A stretch of 32,000 nucleotides of DNA from Candidatus Saccharimonadota bacterium (GTDB lineage Bacteria; Patescibacteriota; Gracilibacteria; BD1-5; UBA2023): the NCBI GenBank assembly GCA_963706795.1, contig OY970170.1, positions 750,001 to 782,000 of the forward strand, in the 5' to 3' direction. A model generated the notes under the pieces. The model worked only from the letters and a program-made list of their open reading frames with translations. It had not been told where the DNA came from and ran no database searches. Every line of letters begins with the position of its first letter. The stretch's first letter is position 1. Positions 25,078 through 32,000 of the stretch are shown one piece after another. A program made the position numbers and the translations under genes.

Positions 25078-25485
25078 TTAATTTAATGCAATAATGCCTT
25101 TGATACTTGGAATAAGACCTATGTTACTCAAATTCTTTTTCTTTTCTGAGTATTCATCTGCTAGATCTTTACCAAGGCAACTCTTGACGATATTTTGAAA
25201 GTCTTCGAGTGCTCTTAAATCTTCCCAGCGGCTACTGTTAATACCTATTTTTGCTTCCGTAACATACTCCACAAGAGCGATAATTTGCATTCCTGTTTTA
25301 TCAGCCAAAAGTGTTGCAAAGAACGCTTTAAAGCCAACTGTATACTTTAATTGATTTTTAATCTTATCTCCGATGAGATTAATTTTATCAATTAATGTAA
25401 AATCGGGATATGCATAAAGCGTCATCCTTAAAGCTCTTTGTATTACTCTAATGTATTGCTCTGTATTTTTGTTATTATTTAACAT
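25078..25485 (-). CDS. Hypothetical protein, island B (135 aa)
   Basis: AGGAG 5 nt before the ATG, no TGA codons, AT-rich codon choice, and terminators on both sides. Confidence 0.65.
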   Translation of the reverse strand: MLNNNKNTEQYIRVIQRALRMTLYAYPDFTLIDKINLIGDKIKNQLKYTVGFKAFFATLLADKTGMQIIALVEYVTEAKIGINSSRWEDLRALEDFQNIVKSCLGKDLADEYSEKKKNLSNIGLIPSIKGIIALN

Positions 25486-25600
25486 ATATTCTCCTGTTGA
25501 TATGCTTAGTCACTATATGTGCCAAAATTCCTTAATCAAATCGTCTGCCCTTTGTCTAAAAAATACTACCATAGCAAGTAGTACATGTAATTTTACCAGT

Positions 25601-25631
25601 AAAAAAGCCATCGATCTCGATGGCTTTTTTA
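25601..25631. terminator. Bidirectional terminator between the island-B genes
   Basis: AGCCATCGA-TC-TCGATGGCT flanked by A6 and T6. Confidence 0.7.
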
Positions 25632-25704
25632 GTTTTGTTGGGAGATAGACATCAGTCTATATTCGTCTGAATCCATCTCCACCCCTTTGTGGGCTTACTA
25701 CTTG

Positions 25705-26046
25705 TTACTCTTCGAGATATCCAGTGTCTCTTGCATTCTCTATGAGATCTGCAAGATCTGTTGATGATATTACCTCATATTCTTCTTCTTTGTCATAAGG
25801 GAGAACAATATCCATATCAACAAATTTTACACCGAGTTTCTCTGCAAGTTTTTCGATGAGAACATATACTTTCACGCCGTCATTATCCAAGATAAGATCG
25901 TCGAGAAAATCATGGAACTTATCTAAGTTATCCACACATTCACTGTATAGCTTATTAAGCATATTATGCGCTAGCGTAGTGCGTTGTGTCTTATTTGTTG
26001 CCTCAATTACTGCCTGAACTTCTTGTTTTAATGCATTAATTTCCAT
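25705..26046 (-). CDS. Hypothetical acidic protein, island B (113 aa)
   Basis: AGGAG 6 nt before the ATG, no TGA codons, and an acidic C-terminal half (DKEEEYEVISSTDLADLIENARDTGYLEE). Confidence 0.65.
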   Translation of the reverse strand: MEINALKQEVQAVIEATNKTQRTTLAHNMLNKLYSECVDNLDKFHDFLDDLILDNDGVKVYVLIEKLAEKLGVKFVDMDIVLPYDKEEEYEVISSTDLADLIENARDTGYLEE

Positions 26047-26243
26047 ATTTGACTCCTTTGTCTGTGAGTGGAAAAATTGTTTGTTTTTGCTACGTACGTC
26101 ATGATATATCTTTCTAAAAAAATGTATTTAGTTACCTACAGGATTGTGAAGTAACTTCCTATTTGTACTCCGTTCGATTTTTCTTTCAACTATTCTGCCT
26201 CGGATTTTGTCTCAGACACCATAGGCAGTGAAAGTTTCATTTC

Positions 26244-26271
26244 TTGCATTTTTAATGACATAAAATATACT
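26244..26271 (+). promoter_or_regulatory. Candidate sigma70-type promoter of the glyQS leader
   Basis: TTGCAT (26244-26249), a 16-nt spacer, then TATACT (26266-26271). Confidence 0.5.
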
Positions 26272-26277
26272 TCCTGA

Positions 26278-26410
26278 GTCTTCCATACGAGAACTGGCCT
26301 GGAAACCAGATTCGGTTGATAACATAGAGAGTCCTGTCATGTGACAGGGAACTCGGGTGGAACCGTCCCTAACCCGTGGGACCCCGAGACCTTACTGAAG
26401 GTCTTTTTTT
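26278..26410 (+). promoter_or_regulatory. T-box riboswitch leader (glycine-specific, unusually compact) with terminator
   Basis: Canonical antiterminator: CUCGGG (26352-57), a 7-nt bulge UGGAACC (26358-64), GUCCC/GGGAC, and CCCGAG (26383-88). A stem III-like hairpin, CCTGTCA-TG-TGACAGG, lies just upstream. Terminator AGACCTT-ACTG-AAGGTCT plus T7 at 26387-26410. A hairpin loop CCUGGAAA (26298-26305) presents GGA followed by A. Confidence 0.75.
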
Positions 26411-26447
26411 GATCCTTCAAACGGGCTATCTCTTCATCTTTTTTGTT

Positions 26448-27900
<1,453 letters not shown>

Positions 27901-27902
27901 TC

Positions 27903-27938
27903 AAAATTCCCTTCCAGTCATTTGGAAGGGAATTTTTT
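27903..27938 (+). terminator. Intrinsic terminator after glyQS
   Basis: AATTCCCTTCCA-GTCATT-TGGAAGGGAATT 12-bp stem plus T-run. Confidence 0.75.
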
Positions 27939-28132
27939 AAATCGTAAAGCAAAAAAGTATTTTCTGAAACGATAGAAAACTCGCACATTCCTCATCACAG
28001 ACAAAAAATCCATAAAATGCATAAGATACGTCACATGAAAACTATTGCTTTCTTTTGGAATTGTCCTACACTTATCCTAATCTCTGTTTCGGTTATACGG
28101 GCGAGATGCATATATTTATTATTCTCGCACAC

Positions 28133-28348
28133 ATGGACGGAACTATTAAGAAGATCGTAGCTGCAAAGGGTTTTGGTTTCATTTCTCCTGCACTCGGTGG
28201 TGATGACGTATTCTTCCACTGCACTAAGGTAGACGGAGGAGCTTCAAACTTCGATCTTCTCCAGGAAGGTCAGGCTGTTACTTACGATGTTGCACCAAGC
28301 AAGAAGGGTGGTGTTGAAGCACACAACGTAGTTCCAGTAGCTGCATAA
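28133..28348 (+). CDS. cspA: Cold-shock domain protein, 71 aa
   Basis: MDGTIKKIVAAKGFGFISP...DVFFH...LQEGQAVTYDV..SKKG..A.NV are the CSD RNP1/RNP2 motifs. The track's upstream extension from 28055 was discarded. Confidence 0.9.
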   Translation: MDGTIKKIVAAKGFGFISPALGGDDVFFHCTKVDGGASNFDLLQEGQAVTYDVAPSKKGGVEAHNVVPVAA

Positions 28349-28366
28349 TAGGTTTTCCAACCTATT

Positions 28367-28394
28367 AAAATCCCCGAGCAATCGGGGATTTTTT
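28367..28394 (+). terminator. Intrinsic terminator after csp
   Basis: ATCCCCGA-GCAA-TCGGGGAT plus T-run. Confidence 0.7.
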
Positions 28395-28415
28395 ATGCTT
28401 CTGGCGTGTTTGTAA

Positions 28416-28442
28416 AAAAAGAGCGGGATTACCGCTCTTTTT
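28416..28442 (-). terminator. Intrinsic terminator of sodB
   Basis: AAAAAGAGCGG-GATTA-CCGCTCTTTTT, directly 3' of the sodB stop. Confidence 0.7.
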
Positions 28443-28445
28443 GAT

Positions 28446-29027
28446 TTATGCTGCAAAACGTTCTTCGATCTTTGGCCAATTGGTGATATTCCAAAAATTC
28501 TCGATGTATTTTGCACGAGCATTGCGGTAGTCGATGTAGTAGGCATGTTCCCAGACATCACAAGTGAGGAGGGCTGTGTCGCTACTAGTAAGGGGGGTTG
28601 CTGCATTGCTGGTGCTCACGAGATCGAGTGTTCCATCTGGCTTTTTGATGAGCCAAGCCCATCCAGATCCAAAGGTTGCGAGTGCAAGTTTTGCAAATTC
28701 GGCCTGAAATGATTCAAATGACCCCCATTTCTGGTTGATAGCTTCGAGAAGTTTACCGGTTGGAGTTTGTCCAGTGGCAGCTGCGAGTGAATCAAAATAG
28801 AATGTATGATTCCAGATCTGAGCGGCGTTATTAAAGATACCACCGCTTGATTTTTTGATGATTTCTTCGAGGGAAGCATCTTCGAATTCGGTTCCGACGA
28901 TGAGTTTATTGAGATTGTCTACATAGGTTTGGTGGTGCTTACCAGAGTGAAATTCGAGTGTTTCGACTGAGATGAATGGTGCGAGTGCATCCATTGCATA
29001 CGGGAGAGCTGGGCGAATGTGAGTCAT
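28446..29027 (-). CDS. sodB: Superoxide dismutase (Fe-type)
   Basis: [28 protein letters not shown] and [18 protein letters not shown] signatures. 193 aa. Confidence 0.93.
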   Translation of the reverse strand: MTHIRPALPYAMDALAPFISVETLEFHSGKHHQTYVDNLNKLIVGTEFEDASLEEIIKKSSGGIFNNAAQIWNHTFYFDSLAAATGQTPTGKLLEAINQKWGSFESFQAEFAKLALATFGSGWAWLIKKPDGTLDLVSTSNAATPLTSSDTALLTCDVWEHAYYIDYRNARAKYIENFWNITNWPKIEERFAA

Positions 29028-29144
29028 ATTTAAAGTTGGTTAAAACATGGAAGTATAGAATAAAAGTCCGATCTTTCAAGCTTGTTCGGTTTACAATATC
29101 ATCCTCTCGTGTATTCTTCACGAGAATATCCCAAATTTTTTCTT

Positions 29145-29789
29145 ATGCGCCTTATTTTTACATTTGTTTCGTGTTTTTTGCTTGCCTGATGTGGGGCAAT
29201 TACTCCAGCAAAGCCAGCTGGTACTGGTGAATACGTAAATTCTACCTATACGAGCACGGTTACTAAGGATGTTGAGAGCGCCGTTTATGGAGCTCCAAAC
29301 TCAAAAGTACAACTCACGGTCTTTTCGGACTATCAGTGTCCTGCATGTATTAGTTTCCACAAAAAGATCGAAGACAAGCTCTGGAAAGACTATATAGATA
29401 CTAAAAAGATCACGGTTACATTCAAGAATTATCCACTCACCATGGTGCACCAAAATGCAGAAGGTGATGCACTTGCAGGACTCTGCGCACTTCCAACTGG
29501 TAAATTCCACGAATTCCGCAATGCGTTGTACGATCTCGAAGACAGCAAGAAGGGCGCTGCTGTTACAGATACCGAACGTGCAGATGTTGCAAAAAAGGCA
29601 GGTATAACTGATCCAGACTTCCAAAAATGTATCACTGAAGCATGGTACCAAAAGAAGCTCACGAGTGAGATGAAGGATGGTGATCGCCTTGGATTACAGT
29701 GAACACCTTCCATCTATTTGGGTGACACAATCGTCAATTTTAGTACTCCAGAGGAATTCTTTGGAATATTGGACGCGGCAGCGAAATAA
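29145..29789 (+). CDS. DsbA-family thiol:disulfide oxidoreductase lipoprotein, 214 aa
   Basis: MRLIFTFVSCFLLA(G)CG has a lipobox L-A-G-C whose Gly is TGA 29187-29189. Also FSDYQCPACISFH (CxxC) and LQ(G)TPSIYLG, where the Gly of the cis-Pro loop is TGA 29700-29702. Stop TAA at 29787-29789. Confidence 0.85.
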
Positions 29790-29805
29790 TAAGAAAATTA
29801 CAAAA

Positions 29806-29838
29806 AGAGATCAGTTTATTTGACCGATCTCTTTTTTT
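29806..29838 (+). terminator. Probable terminator after the DsbA-like gene
   Basis: AGAGATC-13 nt loop-GATCTCT followed by T6. The loop is larger than ideal. Confidence 0.5.
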
Positions 29839-29853
29839 GGCTAAAAGTAATTA

Positions 29854-32000
29854 ATGAATTCATTGCATCCAGGTGTATCTGAGCCATCTCCTTTAAACTC
29901 AGAAAACAAGCAACTGTCCCCAGAAGCCATCCAAACATTGGCCTACGAGGAGCGAATGTTACGTGAGCTCACGTCAGAGGAGAACACTATACGAATAGAG
30001 TCCGAAGACTTTATTTGAATGGTTCTCGAGTTACTCAAGACAGAGGATGTACAAAAAATAGCGCAAGCAAAGAGTCTATTTGAGGAGCAAAGGATTTTTA
30101 GTCAGTATGTAAATCCGAATCTTGCTGCAGATATCGCACAGGCCTTTTTAAAGCTTGGATGGTTCAATAATGCTTTTGGTTTTTACCGAATGGCTCTCCG
30201 CATCGATGCGGAGGAAGTGGCGGAACTTCTCGATACAATGATCGATACCTTCCTCGATATTAGTGAGTTTGATCTTACGCCAGATGAGCTTGCTCATAAA
30301 CCTCGTTTTGCGCAAGCTCAGCAAGAAATCATCGAAAAAATTCTGGCGAGAGCCAACGGTAATCTATTGGAGACCTATGGTTCTCGGATTTTTGTGACGA
30401 TTGGCCGCATATATGAGAATTTTCTTGATTCTCCACTTAAAGCACAAGAGTATTTTAAGCATGGTGTGGAGCTTGGCGAGTGATATGCATATTTTTTACT
30501 CTGAATTTCCTATGGAAATCAGAAGAATTATGCTGAAGCGATCCGAATTCATGAGCTTGGATGGCAAAAACATCAAGATCAGAATTGCCTTACATTGCTG
30601 GTACGTGAATATTTATTTAAGGGTGATAGAGTTCGCGCGATGCATGCGTATGAGCTTCTTGTTTCTGCTATGAGGATATCAGGGAGGAAACTTCGTAATG
30701 TTTTTCCTCTGCTGACGAGTGAAAGACTGTATCTTGATTCTGACTACTTAGCGATTCAAAGACATGCATCTGAGTCAGGAGAAACCATCGGGGGTATACA
30801 GCGGATGCAGGCGCTTGAGTCCATTAAAGAAATGACCGAGCCGTTTATCGATACCCTAGAAACCCATGAGTTCAAGCTCGCACTCCATCAAATGGGCGCG
30901 ATTGAATTGAACGATGTAGACAATGCGAGAGAATATATTGAGATGATTGCACATATTTTAGAGCTCTGAGATGAGTGAAAAACATGGCTCTGCAATTACT
31001 TTGAAACCTATGCTTCGCCGCTCGCTCTTAGAGTGTATACTGCCAAGGAAGAGGAAGAAGACAAGCAAAAAAATGTACAGAAAAAGGACGAATCAACCGA
31101 TGTAAAACCTCCTCAGGGTATGGTGCGAGCTCGTCTTGTTGAGCGTGTGCCGCAGGTGCAGACACAGGTGAGTATGCTGACAGATCAAGTTATACAAACC
31201 CCAGAAGATACGACTGAGCGCTACTCATTGCAAGAATATCTCGCTATGCACCTGGGATACATACAAGATCTTTGCTGGTTTGATGAGGATCTCGACTTAC
31301 TTGAGGCAATGGAAGTAATCCACGATCAGTGCTTCCTGCGTGATCAGGATACATATGGAGAAAATTCTATTGATGCGATTTCGGCATTTCAGCAGCATGA
31401 ACGAATTGCATATGCGACTCAAAAATATGATACCTTCCCAGAAAATTTAAAAATAGCCTACCGAAAAGCTATCGAAGAAATCGATGAAAAATATGGTAAA
31501 TCTTTTAGACGTCTCCATGTAAAACAGATCATTACTGAGGGTGAGACATATCCACTAGAAGAAGAATTTTTTTATCTCTTCTTAGAATGTTCGTTGCTCT
31601 GAGTGAACGAGGGGATTGCAAAAAGTCTCTCTGACTTGCTTCTTACCTCTCATTTCTCACAGGTAAATCAAAAGGCACTTGCGCAGGCATTCCACGAGTT
31701 TCCTGATACCATAGAGGACGAGAGACTGATAGATCACTTCCTTGAGGTTGGACTTGATGATATTGATGCACTGAAGGCACTTGTGACGATTGCCTCGGAG
31801 GATGAAAGTGAAGAAACAATCGGTAAAAATGCAGAATACCTTCGAGCGTGTCTTGTAGAACTTGGTCATCTCAGGCCAAAATCTTCGAAAAATTGGCTCT
31901 CGAGTTTTATAAAGAAGCACACAAATTGACTTCGTGCTCTCCATCCTGAATACAGCAAAGAACTTGATCATGTCATGATCGAAGCTTACAAGCATGATGA
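29854..32000 (+). CDS. Large (>715 aa) all-helical hypothetical protein (TPR-like segments), 3' end beyond the window
   Basis: Four track ORFs (30019, 30595, 31033, 31603) and the ATG at 29854 all share one frame and are separated only by TGA codons (30016, 30481, 30502, 30967, 30976, 31600, 31927). No TAA or TAG occurs in that frame up to the window edge. Confidence 0.7.

Noticed and set aside
28055-28132. A 26-aa N-terminal extension of the cold-shock protein ORF.
   Set aside because: Cold-shock domain proteins start a few residues before the KGFGFI motif, and the extension is hydrophobic nonsense. It is more likely a long 5' UTR.

Overview
This is a chromosomal window from a bacterium that reads TGA as glycine (genetic code 25). 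That points to a Candidatus Gracilibacteria or Absconditabacteria type CPR lineage; the lineage is an inference. The supplied ORF track uses the standard code and so breaks most genes into pieces. When TGA is read as sense, the pieces fuse into intact genes. In order these are: aspS (5' partial); a relBE-like toxin-antitoxin pair whose stop codon overlaps the clpB stop; clpB without its N-terminal domain, preceded by a CIRCE-like operator; a secreted helical protein; a Met-rich DUF305 protein; gatA; xth; a suf operon (sufC, sufB, A-type carrier, sufD, sufS, sufU); a His-tailed membrane protein; a 759-aa family-5 SBP-like protein; secG; a holin-4_2-like membrane protein; four tandem VirB2/TrbC-like pilin genes followed by an HExxH metallopeptidase; rnj with a disordered N-terminal extension; glyQS, which is T-box controlled and carries a frameshift; csp; sodB; a DsbA-like lipoprotein; and an all-helical ORF of more than 715 aa that runs off the window. 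The best candidates for something undescribed are listed here. (1) Two small accessory islands (7.6-9.9 kb and 25.0-26.2 kb) hold unannotatable genes that all have strong Shine-Dalgarno sites and no TGA codons, unlike the core genes. The first island contains two paralogous protein families, one ending in a conserved Cys-bracketed C-terminal motif. (2) The pilin and metallopeptidase cluster carries a recurring DPYANETKKL peptide. (3) An unusually compact glycine T-box sits in a TGA=Gly organism. (4) An antisense small-membrane-protein gene with its own promoter is inserted in the suf operon. (5) A structured element of about 125 nt lies 3' of rnj. No CRISPR array, transposase, integrase, rRNA or convincing tRNA was seen. 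All homology calls come from motif recognition by eye; no searches were run.
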